Shown here piece after piece: positions 28,930 through 38,103 of a stretch of DNA of 64,000 nt. The notes beneath the pieces are model-generated. The model was not told the origin of the DNA, ran no database searches, and saw only the letters and a program-made list of their open reading frames with translations. Source of the stretch: Candidatus Kaiserbacteria bacterium (GTDB taxonomy: Bacteria; Patescibacteriota; Minisyncoccia; Phycocordibacterales; UBA2100). Where the stretch lies: the NCBI GenBank assembly GCA_003164215.1, contig PLSR01000003.1, forward strand, positions 28,892-92,891, given 5' to 3'. The position numbers were made by a program, and so were the translations under genes. Each line of letters starts with the position of its first letter. Position 1 is the first letter of the stretch.

Positions 28930-30408
28930 CTATTTGGGCAGGTTCGCCGGCGGCTCTGCTTTTGTCGCCGGGATGCGTTCGAGTCCGGGCACCATGATGC
29001 CCGCGCTCGGGAAATGGAACATCGTTGCGATGACCTCATTCGTCATGACCTTATAGGGAACGGTCCACGGCGCGAAGAACGCGCAGCGACGTCGATACGC
29101 ATCGATATAACGGCGGATCAAAATAGTATCGCGGATGCCCATAAAATCCTGCCAGGGGTAATCGAATGGATTGTGTCCGCGCGTCGGGCGTAGCTCGTTG
29201 AGATAACCGGGATTGTTGATGGATTTCCAAAACCAACGCATACCATTAAGCGTCGCGCCATTGTAGACAGCGTTCTCGGCGATATAGAGCCCGCGCACCG
29301 CGACGTCGAATGGGATCTTGCCCAATTGTCGTTCCATGATCCGCATCTGTTCCGTCTGGCTCCACGTCGGGCGGGGAAATCCGTATTTGCGATCGTCGGT
29401 CTCCGGTGCGTCTTCCTTTCCCGGTGTTAATGAGGCTTCTTTGCGGATCTTTTGAATTTCTTTCTTCACACGTTCCATCCACAGCTTGTCGCCGGCTTTC
29501 GGATTGAAGAGACTGTCTTGTTTCGCGGACGCTCGAAAAATGATCTGCACCCAGACCTGTTCGCCCTTATTGAGGGAGCTCAAGTACTCGAATATCTGTG
29601 CGATCGGATCTACTTTGAATTCCTCTTTGGGATCTTTGTCGAGCTCGAATTCGACATAGGTCTTCAGCGGAAAGGCATCGCTCTTCGTGTAGAGATGCTC
29701 ATTGACAAAGGCTCGGTGTTTGCTGGGATCGAATTTGAACTTGGACGCATAGTCCTCTGCTTGGTGGATCTCTATCTCGGGAAATTGCGCGTAGAGCGCC
29801 GCCTCAACGACGTGACGGTGGCTCTTCCAGCACCAAATGAACATATGAACTTCACCACCGAAAGATGCGTACTCGAAGGAATACCAGACACGCACCTGAC
29901 CATGCCAGATGCGATGCAGGAATGCGCCCTCGCCGGAGGTGTTGTATAAGCTCGCGAGCGCGACCTCCATCGCCCGCGGCGATTTTGTGATATCGCGCGG
30001 GATCTTTATATCGAGCACGACCGGGTCGCGGCCGGATATGAAAAGCCCCTGTACATACCAGACCCATACCGACCACGATGCCAGGATGAGAACGATCGGT
30101 AACCAGAGCGGCGCTGTTCCCGCAAGCCATTCGAGCGTGAAGAGCGATAGTCCCGGGATCTCGAACGCGAGAATGAGCAGGAGACCGATGAACGTGACCC
30201 AGAGCGACAAGGCGCGCGATACGCCCCATTCGGCGAGCCATTCAAAAATGAACCACCCGAACCACGTATTGTGCACAAGGTAGTCGAATGACGTTACCGG
30301 ATACTGCTCATGATCGGCATGGTCGCCATGCGAACCGCCGAACAGCCCGTCCTCAAAGATGGTACCGCCGAATACGCCCGACGGAGCTTCATGTGCGTCG
30401 TCTGCCAT
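28930..30408 (-). CDS. hypothetical membrane protein (N-terminal TM region plus ~300-aa soluble domain)
   Basis: 492 aa; Trp/Phe-rich TM helices at residues 45-130; no family recognised. Confidence 0.45.
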   Translation of the reverse strand: MADDAHEAPSGVFGGTIFEDGLFGGSHGDHADHEQYPVTSFDYLVHNTWFGWFIFEWLAEWGVSRALSLWVTFIGLLLILAFEIPGLSLFTLEWLAGTAPLWLPIVLILASWSVWVWYVQGLFISGRDPVVLDIKIPRDITKSPRAMEVALASLYNTSGEGAFLHRIWHGQVRVWYSFEYASFGGEVHMFIWCWKSHRHVVEAALYAQFPEIEIHQAEDYASKFKFDPSKHRAFVNEHLYTKSDAFPLKTYVEFELDKDPKEEFKVDPIAQIFEYLSSLNKGEQVWVQIIFRASAKQDSLFNPKAGDKLWMERVKKEIQKIRKEASLTPGKEDAPETDDRKYGFPRPTWSQTEQMRIMERQLGKIPFDVAVRGLYIAENAVYNGATLNGMRWFWKSINNPGYLNELRPTRGHNPFDYPWQDFMGIRDTILIRRYIDAYRRRCAFFAPWTVPYKVMTNEVIATMFHFPSAGIMVPGLERIPATKAEPPANLPK

Positions 30409-30520
30409 TGCCCAAATAATACCACTTCAACGGCATCGCGAGCATTGATACCAACATATTCGAAAACCGACCGAACGAATTCACGTTGCGGCCGGTCATT
30501 CTTAGTATTTCAATTTGAAA

Positions 30521-31546
<1,026 letters not shown>

Positions 31547-31641
31547 GGTAATGGTGGGTCAAATTGACTATTGAGATTCGTATGTCTTATGTTGTATCAA
31601 ACATATCCTTAGCCGTCAAGGGCAATCGGCCCCAGGATATT

Positions 31642-31664
31642 TGAGCAAGGCGAAACCTTGCTCA
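31642..31664. repeat. REP-like hairpin copy 1 (TGAGCAAGG-CGAAA-CCTTGCTCA)
   Basis: 9-bp stem, 5-nt loop; same unit recurs at 31880 and, inverted, at 31911. Confidence 0.6.
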
Positions 31665-31715
31665 TGATCTTCCGAAGCTCCGGGCGAGTCGCATTTAGAG
31701 TATACTTGTACCTAT

Positions 31716-31860
31716 ATGCGAAAGGGGTCATTCGCACCGGGAGAGTTCTATCATTTGTATAACCGCGGGACTGACAAGCGGAAGGTCTTTTCGTGTGAAC
31801 GCGACTACAAACGCTTCATTTCTTTGCTGTACCTCTGTAACAGTACAGGAGCTATCAGAG
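31716..31860 (+). pseudogene. remnant of IS200/IS605-family (Y1, REP-associated-like) transposase, N-terminal fragment only
   Basis: GEFYHLYNRGTDKRKVFSCERDYKRFISLL matches the conserved N-terminal block of Y1 transposases; the reading frame then runs into the REP hairpin and stops, with no HuH/Tyr motifs. Confidence 0.55.
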
Positions 31861-31878
31861 TTGATAATCTAGGGAGAA

Positions 31879-31933
31879 ATGAGCAAGGCGAAACCTTGCT
31901 CATTATAATTTGAGCAAGGTTTCGCCTTGCTCA
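31879..31933. repeat. inverted REP-like doublet (REPIN-like)
   Basis: ATGAGCAAGGCGAAACCTTGCTCAT-TATAATT-TGAGCAAGGTTTCGCCTTGCTCA: two copies of the hairpin in opposite orientation. Confidence 0.6.
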
Positions 31934-31967
31934 GTGATAACTGTGGCTTGCACACATCTAGTAGTCA

Positions 31968-31994
31968 TAGTGGCCATGGTGCCCATGGCCACTA
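31968..31994. repeat. perfect 12-bp-stem palindrome (TAGTGGCCATGG-TGC-CCATGGCCACTA)
   Basis: seen directly; 11 nt downstream of the stop of the 32005..32553 gene; no U-tract. Confidence 0.5.
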
Positions 31995-32004
31995 GCTCCC
32001 GCGG

Positions 32005-32553
32005 TTAGAGGAACTTCCAGGTCTGCATGATCTGGCCCAGCCAGCTGTCGAGCTCCTTAAAGGTCGTGACCTCGTAGAGATAGCTATCGTGGGTGAACCA
32101 AACCTCACGCGTATCGCCCAGTATGTCGTTGTGGCCGAAGAACATAGTCGCCGTTACTCCGCCGATAACGACGGCGGTCGGCTGATCCATCACACCGGAG
32201 GGCTCGTCGAGCTTGAAGCGTTGCTCGGTCACCTTCGTATCGGGGTATGGCGTGACGTATATTTCGAACCCTTCGTTCGTATCGGGATCCTGAAATGAGA
32301 AGGTGTATGCACCGCCGGGCTCTTGAGTCTGAGTCGGTACCAAGTCAGGCGGATACGAAAGTGAAAAACCAAACTGCTGATTCGAGAATGGAATAAAATC
32401 CGACGGCGTAGAAGATGATGCGGCATACGTGTCCGCGATCGCTTGCTGTCCAGCAACGTTGGACGACTGACACCAAATGAACAATCCGGCAATAACAACG
32501 GCGAGTGTTGTCCCCCATATTGCAATACCCATCAGAAAAGATTTGTTCTTCAT
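32005..32553 (-). CDS. hypothetical secreted/membrane-anchored protein
   Basis: 182 aa; N-terminal signal/anchor (LMGIAIWGTTLAVVIAGLFIW); start 5 nt after the stop of the Gly-rich protein gene. Confidence 0.5.
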   Translation of the reverse strand: MKNKSFLMGIAIWGTTLAVVIAGLFIWCQSSNVAGQQAIADTYAASSSTPSDFIPFSNQQFGFSLSYPPDLVPTQTQEPGGAYTFSFQDPDTNEGFEIYVTPYPDTKVTEQRFKLDEPSGVMDQPTAVVIGGVTATMFFGHNDILGDTREVWFTHDSYLYEVTTFKELDSWLGQIMQTWKFL

Positions 32554-32557
32554 ATCG

Positions 32558-33187
32558 CTACAACTTCGGCCAGTAGGTTATGACAATGATTCCCGACCCA
32601 CCAGTGCCGCCGCTGAATGCAGTCGCTCCATCCACGCCGCCACCGCCAGGTTTTCCCAAAGCGGCGTCCCCCGTACCGCCGATTCCTCCGGAAAATCCCG
32701 TACCGGTACCAACGACGCCCGCCGCTCCTGCGGTAGCGTTCGTGCCATTACCTGCACCTGTGCAAGAAAGAACCGTCGTGCTTGTTTTGTCTTGAAAGTA
32801 TGTTGCGAGCCCGGTGCCGCCGCCACCCGCCTCAACATAGAGATTTACTGTGGACTGGCTCGCGCTTACGTTGTTGACATACGCGTAGGAGCCTCCGCCT
32901 CCGCCGGCACCGGCATATCCAGAAGTACCATAGTGTACCCCGTTGCCGCCCGAGCCGATGCACTCGACCTTGTTGTTGCCGTCGTTCCAGTCGGAAGGAG
33001 CGGTGAAAGTGCTCACACCCGTCGCGGTGACGAAGGCAACACAGGTGCTCCCGATGACGGAGAACGTGAGGTTGCCATTGTTTAGACAAGTGGTCGCCGA
33101 TGCCGTAATTGGCATCGAACACATGATGAGGATGAATATGGGGAGCGGTAGCAATGACGTGAGGAACTTTTTCATGTTATCGAGCAT
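32558..33187 (-). CDS. glycine-rich secreted protein
   Basis: 209 aa; signal peptide then G/T/A/S-rich repeats (GGGGGSYAY, GTGTGFSGGIGGTG, GGTGGSG). Confidence 0.5.
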   Translation of the reverse strand: MLDNMKKFLTSLLPLPIFILIMCSMPITASATTCLNNGNLTFSVIGSTCVAFVTATGVSTFTAPSDWNDGNNKVECIGSGGNGVHYGTSGYAGAGGGGGSYAYVNNVSASQSTVNLYVEAGGGGTGLATYFQDKTSTTVLSCTGAGNGTNATAGAAGVVGTGTGFSGGIGGTGDAALGKPGGGGVDGATAFSGGTGGSGIIVITYWPKL

Positions 33188-33314
33188 TACGATTCCATTT
33201 TACCGCAATTTTGGAGCCCAAGGGATGTTGTTCTTTGAATATCCACATGCAACGCACATATCTGCATGATTATGTCCATATTGTGTATTCGGTAGTGGTG
33301 ATAGAATCACCCGC

Positions 33315-34712
33315 ATGGCAACCAGTGCGGTGCGGACCCCTCCGCAAGATATCGAGATGGAGAAGGCCCTTTTGGGTGCCTTGATGCTCAATCAGAACGC
33401 GATGTACGAGGTCGCGGATCTCGTCGCGGTGGATTCATTTTATTCCGGCAAGCACCGGATCATTTTCGATGCAATGCTCGGCCTCTACGCGAAGACCGAG
33501 CCGGTGGATGTCGTGACCGTCTCAGCGAAGCTCAAAGAACGGAAACAATTGAAAGAAATTGGCGGCGCGGCATATCTCACCGAGCTCGCCAACGCCGCGG
33601 CGAGTCCGGGAAGCGCACGACACTACGCACAGACCGTGCAGACGAAATTCGTCTTGCGCAGTCTCATCGATGCATCAGCAAAGATCGGCGAGATCGCTTT
33701 TGAAGAAGACCGTGATATCGAAGAAGTGCTCGATGAGGCACAGTCAGCCGTATTTTCCGTATCCCAGGCGCCGATGCTACGCACATTTACTACGATCAAG
33801 GAAGAATTGACCGAGGCATGGGAGCGTCTCGAAGCTTTGCAGAAACATTCCGGCACCATGCGCGGTGTCCCGTCGGGATTCCCGCAGCTCGACAACATGC
33901 TCGCTGGTTTTCAAAAATCCGACCTCATTATTCTCGCAGCCCGTCCTTCAATCGGTAAGACCGCGCTCGCATTGGACATCGCTCGCCAGACCGCGACGAA
34001 ATATAAAACTCCGGTCGGCATTTTTTCACTTGAAATGTCATCGCAACAATTGGTCGATCGTATGCTTGCCGCACAATCCGGTGTGAATTCCTGGAAATTA
34101 CGCACCGGCAAGATCAACAGTGACGAGGAGTTCGAACGGTTGCAGGCGGGCATGGCCGCGCTCTCCGAAGCGCCGATCTACATCGACGACAAGCCAGGCT
34201 CGACCGTGCTTGCGATGCGCTCCGTCGCGCGCCGTTTGAAAATGGAAAAGAATCTCGGGCTCATCATCATCGACTATTTGCAACTCATTACACCGACCCA
34301 CATGCATGCGGGCGATAATCTCGTTCAGCAGATCACCGAGATCTCGCGCTCGCTCAAAGGCATGGCACGTGAACTCGACATACCCGTCTTGGCACTTTCA
34401 CAGCTCTCGCGCGCCGTCGAGCAACGCGGCGGCCGACCGCGTCTTTCGGACCTTCGCGACTCAGGATCCATTGAACAAGACGCGGACGTCGTCATGTTCA
34501 TCCACCGCGAAGACATGATGAAAGGCCGCAGCGACAACGGAGAGGAGCGTACCAACATCGCCGAAATTCTTATTGAGAAACACCGCAACGGCCCCATCGG
34601 CAAGATCGATCTTCGCTTCGATGAGGAGAAAACGACGTTCGTCTCGATCGAGAAAAGTGACTTCGGTGATTTTGTGCAAGAGGCAGAGGTCGAAGGAGGC
34701 GCACCATTTTGA
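33315..34712 (+). CDS. dnaB: replicative DNA helicase DnaB
   Basis: 465 aa; N-terminal DnaB domain and Walker A (ARPSIGKTALAL) with RecA-like C-terminal domain; no intein. Confidence 0.9.
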   Translation: MATSAVRTPPQDIEMEKALLGALMLNQNAMYEVADLVAVDSFYSGKHRIIFDAMLGLYAKTEPVDVVTVSAKLKERKQLKEIGGAAYLTELANAAASPGSARHYAQTVQTKFVLRSLIDASAKIGEIAFEEDRDIEEVLDEAQSAVFSVSQAPMLRTFTTIKEELTEAWERLEALQKHSGTMRGVPSGFPQLDNMLAGFQKSDLIILAARPSIGKTALALDIARQTATKYKTPVGIFSLEMSSQQLVDRMLAAQSGVNSWKLRTGKINSDEEFERLQAGMAALSEAPIYIDDKPGSTVLAMRSVARRLKMEKNLGLIIIDYLQLITPTHMHAGDNLVQQITEISRSLKGMARELDIPVLALSQLSRAVEQRGGRPRLSDLRDSGSIEQDADVVMFIHREDMMKGRSDNGEERTNIAEILIEKHRNGPIGKIDLRFDEEKTTFVSIEKSDFGDFVQEAEVEGGAPF

Positions 34713-34718
34713 TCTCGT

Positions 34719-35324
34719 ATGGATCCGCTTGAACGCCTCTCCGCGCTTTTTGAACGCTTTCCGGGCATCGGTCCGCGACAAGCGAATCGCTTCGTGCAAT
34801 TTCTCTTGCGAAGCTCACCAGCGGTGCGTCGTGAGTTGATCGATTCGATCGCCGCGGTCGGATCCGGTGTCCATCAGTGTCCGCAGTGCATGCGCTACCA
34901 CGCCGGTGTATTGAAGGTCTGTGGCATCTGTGATAACCCGCGACGCGATTCGAAGACCCTGGCGATCATCGCAACCGATACCGATCTTTCTGCGCTCGAG
35001 CGTTCCGGAACATTTCGCGGATATTATTTCGTGATGGGTGGAACCGTCTCTCTCGCATCCGAAAAGGGCGATAATTTGCGAACACAGCAACTCCTTGATT
35101 CGCTCTCGAAGCGTGCTGATGACGGTCTTGAAGAGATCATTCTTGCATTTCCTGCCAATCCCGAAGGCGATGCGACACTTATATTCGTTCGTGAACATTT
35201 GGAACCAGTCGCGCAAGTTCTGGCTGTAAAAATCACGTCTCTCGGCCGCGGCCTTTCGACTGGAAGCGAGCTTGAGTACGCCGATCCGGACACGATTCGA
35301 AGCGCCTTCGAGAGTCGGAAGTGA
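34719..35324 (+). CDS. recR: recombination protein RecR
   Basis: 201 aa; HhH (FPGIGPRQANR), C4 zinc finger (CPQC...CGIC) and Toprim domain. Confidence 0.85.
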   Translation: MDPLERLSALFERFPGIGPRQANRFVQFLLRSSPAVRRELIDSIAAVGSGVHQCPQCMRYHAGVLKVCGICDNPRRDSKTLAIIATDTDLSALERSGTFRGYYFVMGGTVSLASEKGDNLRTQQLLDSLSKRADDGLEEIILAFPANPEGDATLIFVREHLEPVAQVLAVKITSLGRGLSTGSELEYADPDTIRSAFESRK

Positions 35325-35340
35325 GGCGGGCGTGAATCCT

Positions 35341-35396
35341 CGAATCCCGAAGCTCCGACCTTGGAATCCCTTAAGGTCAGAGCTTAAGGATTCGTC
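35341..35396. repeat. palindromic repeat (GACCTTGG..CCTTAAGGTC / GAATCC..CTTAAGGATTC family), intergenic copy
   Basis: imperfect palindrome sharing about 75% identity over ~55 nt with an element inside uvrB at 56430-56486. Confidence 0.5.
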
Positions 35397-35404
35397 GGGT
35401 TCAT

Positions 35405-35434
35405 TCAAAAACCCGCCTTTCGGCGGGTCTTGTT
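35405..35434. terminator. bidirectional intrinsic terminator between convergent recR and rplU
   Basis: AAAAA-CCCGCC-TTTC-GGCGGG-TCTTGTT: the hairpin has an A-tract on one side and a U-rich tract on the other. Confidence 0.55.
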
Positions 35435-35753
35435 ACGGCAATGCTGTGATCTTCACTTTGAGGTATGGTTGACGATGGCCGCGCTTCTTGAAATAGCGGC
35501 TCTTCTGGCGATATTTGATGACAGTAACGGTCTGGTTGCGTCCCTCTTCGATGACCTCTGCGGACACTTTTGAGCCCTTGAGATACGGCGCGCCGACTTC
35601 CGTCTTCGCACCGTCGTCGGTCAAGAGGACATTCTCAAATGAAATTGCGTCGCCTTCCTTATGCTCGCCTTTTATCTTTTCAACCTTAAGGACAGTGCCC
35701 TCGGCGACGAGGTACTGCTTTCCGCCCGTTTCAATTATTGCAATCTTGGCCAT
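35433..35753 (-). CDS. rplU: 50S ribosomal protein L21
   Basis: ORF trimmed to MAKIAIIETGGKQYLV, the L21 N-terminal signature. Confidence 0.85.
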   Translation of the reverse strand: MAKIAIIETGGKQYLVAEGTVLKVEKIKGEHKEGDAISFENVLLTDDGAKTEVGAPYLKGSKVSAEVIEEGRNQTVTVIKYRQKSRYFKKRGHRQPYLKVKITALP

Positions 35754-35811
35754 ATCGCTTGTTTTGTCGGGCAACTATAACCTATCTGCAAGATTTCTGC
35801 AAATTATAGGG

Positions 35812-36891
35812 CTATTCGGCGTCGTCGAATGCCGGCTTGTCCAAAAGTACCGCATCAAGCCCCGCTGCCGTGCCGGTTATCTTCAAAACGTCCTTATCAA
35901 TCTGAGCAAAAGCCTTACTTCCGGCGTTGTAATGATTCACGGTCGTTGAAAGTGAATTCCCAACTTTCTTATAAAAATCCTCATACGATTTGAGGTGCTT
36001 TCCCAGGGCATCGATATTTTTTTGAATATCTTTGAAATTCTCCTCGACTTTGAATGCTTTCAAACCGTTGGCGACCATTGCGAGATACGCCATGAACGTC
36101 GTCGGGCTCGTGATAATGACCTTCTTCTCGCGATACGCGTAATCGATGAGATTGCGCGCATTGACCTTGCCCGGATTCACTTCACCCACGAGCAGGTCGT
36201 AGTAGATCGCCTCAGCCGGGATGAACATGAATGCGATCGGCAGCGTCCCCTCCTTCGGCCGCACATATTTCGATGTCTCATCAATGCGCAATTTTAGATC
36301 GTTCTTGAAGGTTTTTTCCAGCTCTGTTTTCTGAGTTTCATCTATAGCATTTGAGAGGCGGTTGTAATTATCGAGCGAGAATTTCGCATCAACGGGTATA
36401 ATGCCTTCCTTGGTGAAGATCGCCGCATCGACTGTCTCACCATCCTCGAATTGATACTGCATTTTGAACTGATTCGGCGGCAGGAAATTGCCCAGCACAA
36501 GTTCGAGCGATGCTTCACCCCAGTTACCGCGCTGTTTCTGGTGCGTGAGAACCTTTTCAAGGTTTCCCAATTGTTCGGCGATCGTCATGAAGCGCGTTGT
36601 CGCTTCGTTCGTCTTCGTCTGCTCCTTCGCAACCTCGGTCAGTTGGCGAGACATGAGCTCTTGAATATTCGAAATAAGCCGTTGCGATTCTTGGAATTGA
36701 TTTCGAACCGATTCATTCATCGTGCGCGTGCCCTCGCCAAGTCGCGTGTCCATTGAACGCGCGAGTTCTTGCATCTGTTGCTGAAGCAACAGCATACTGC
36801 GATCGTCTTCCTTCGCCGGCGGCTTGCGCATCAAGAGATACCCCAAAAGCCCCAAAATGGCGACCAGTAATATAATAATGACGAGTTCCAT
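35812..36891 (-). CDS. rmuC: DNA recombination protein RmuC
   Basis: 359 aa; N-terminal TM, long coiled-coil, RmuC C-terminal region. Confidence 0.75.
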   Translation of the reverse strand: MELVIIILLVAILGLLGYLLMRKPPAKEDDRSMLLLQQQMQELARSMDTRLGEGTRTMNESVRNQFQESQRLISNIQELMSRQLTEVAKEQTKTNEATTRFMTIAEQLGNLEKVLTHQKQRGNWGEASLELVLGNFLPPNQFKMQYQFEDGETVDAAIFTKEGIIPVDAKFSLDNYNRLSNAIDETQKTELEKTFKNDLKLRIDETSKYVRPKEGTLPIAFMFIPAEAIYYDLLVGEVNPGKVNARNLIDYAYREKKVIITSPTTFMAYLAMVANGLKAFKVEENFKDIQKNIDALGKHLKSYEDFYKKVGNSLSTTVNHYNAGSKAFAQIDKDVLKITGTAAGLDAVLLDKPAFDDAE

Positions 36892-36964
36892 GCGGCGATT
36901 GTATCACGGCAAATTGCAAAGGTCGGTCCTCTGGATTTTGTTCATGGTGTTGTATACTTTCCCC

Positions 36965-37420
36965 ATGATCACTCAACAGATCCGTTCCGAAATAGCCGTC
37001 GCGATGAAGGCGCGCGATACGATCCGCCTCAATACGTTACGCGGTGCGGTAACGGCCTTTACCAACGAGCTTGTATCCAAGGGTCGCAAACCGACCGAAG
37101 AACTGAATGACGCGGATGCCATCATCGTCCTTAAGCGCCTCGCAAAGCAGCGCAAAGATTCCATCGAGCAGTTCGAAAAGGGCGGCCGAGATGATCTGGT
37201 CGCGAAAGAAACTGCCGAGCTGAAGATCATCGAGGCATATTTGCCGGTAGGCCCATCGCGCGCTGACATTGAACGCGTCGCAAAACTTAAGATCGTGGAG
37301 CTCAGCGTCACGGACATGTCCGGTATCGGCAAGCTGACGGGCGCGATCATGAAGGAATTCGCCGGGACCGCAGATGGAAATGAGGTCAAGGATATCGTCG
37401 CTGAACTTTTTAAAGCGTAA
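36965..37420 (+). CDS. GatB/YqeY domain protein
   Basis: ORF trimmed to MITQQIRSEIAVAMKARD...; conserved YqeY motifs (LKRLAKQRKDSIEQF, AEL.IIEAYLP). Confidence 0.7.
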   Translation: MITQQIRSEIAVAMKARDTIRLNTLRGAVTAFTNELVSKGRKPTEELNDADAIIVLKRLAKQRKDSIEQFEKGGRDDLVAKETAELKIIEAYLPVGPSRADIERVAKLKIVELSVTDMSGIGKLTGAIMKEFAGTADGNEVKDIVAELFKA

Positions 37421-37507
37421 TCGTAGCTTTGTCGCATCGCTCGGCACCGTTAATAGACAATTCATCATATCGTGTTACAACTATCGGAGCATATAGGAGG
37501 AGGTGGC

Positions 37508-37768
37508 ATGGAACCGCTCAAAGAGTCGGTTGTGACTGGCATCGTGAACCGCGTTCGCGAGCGCATGAAGCACGGTAGCGAATACAACCTTACAGCCTTG
37601 ATCGAGTTCGAAATCCCGAAGATGTACAAGGCCGATCGCCGAGAGAGATACTTCAAGGAGATTCAAAGTCGATTTGCCAAGCGCAGCGCCGAAGCACGTC
37701 ACGAACGAGCCGTGAACCCCAAGCTCGCCGAGGAATCGGCTAGAGAAGCCGAGCGGAGGTACCCGTGA
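37508..37768 (+). CDS. small charged hypothetical protein
   Basis: ATG preceded by GGAGGAGG; 86 aa from this start; helical Arg/Glu/Lys-rich sequence. Confidence 0.35.
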   Translation: MEPLKESVVTGIVNRVRERMKHGSEYNLTALIEFEIPKMYKADRRERYFKEIQSRFAKRSAEARHERAVNPKLAEESAREAERRYP

Positions 37769-38073
37769 TCTGGCAGGTAGATGAATCTGGCCTCGAGGAT
37801 GAGGGTCGGTCGACGCTGCTTGTCGATATTGGGATCGCCGAACGTAGGAGGGAGTGCGAGATCGAACGCGTCACGAGCGTTCTCATGGTCCGCAAATTGA
37901 AACGGCGATACGAGGCTCATCTCGACTTCGAGGAACTTCTAGAGTCAGTCATCAACGAAGAAACGTCGATCACTGATGCGCAGCGCCATGCGTACAAATA
38001 CGTTGTCGGCAGAGAATTCTGGAGGAGACAGCGAAAGAAACAACTGCAGACTTCCAAAGGCAGGAATACGTGA
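37765..38073 (+). CDS. small charged hypothetical protein (GTG start)
   Basis: GTG start overlaps the upstream stop (GTGA) with GGAGG 7 nt upstream; 102 aa, Arg/Glu-rich. Confidence 0.35.
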   Translation: MIWQVDESGLEDEGRSTLLVDIGIAERRRECEIERVTSVLMVRKLKRRYEAHLDFEELLESVINEETSITDAQRHAYKYVVGREFWRRQRKKQLQTSKGRNT

Positions 38074-38103
38074 ATGCGTACCCTGCCTTTTGATTTGAAT
38101 ATA

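Noticed and set aside
31716-31913. Treating the 65-aa ORF as an intact small gene
   Set aside because: Only the first ~48 residues resemble a Y1 transposase. The C-terminal residues (NEQGETLLIII) are just the translation of the REP hairpin, so it is a remnant.
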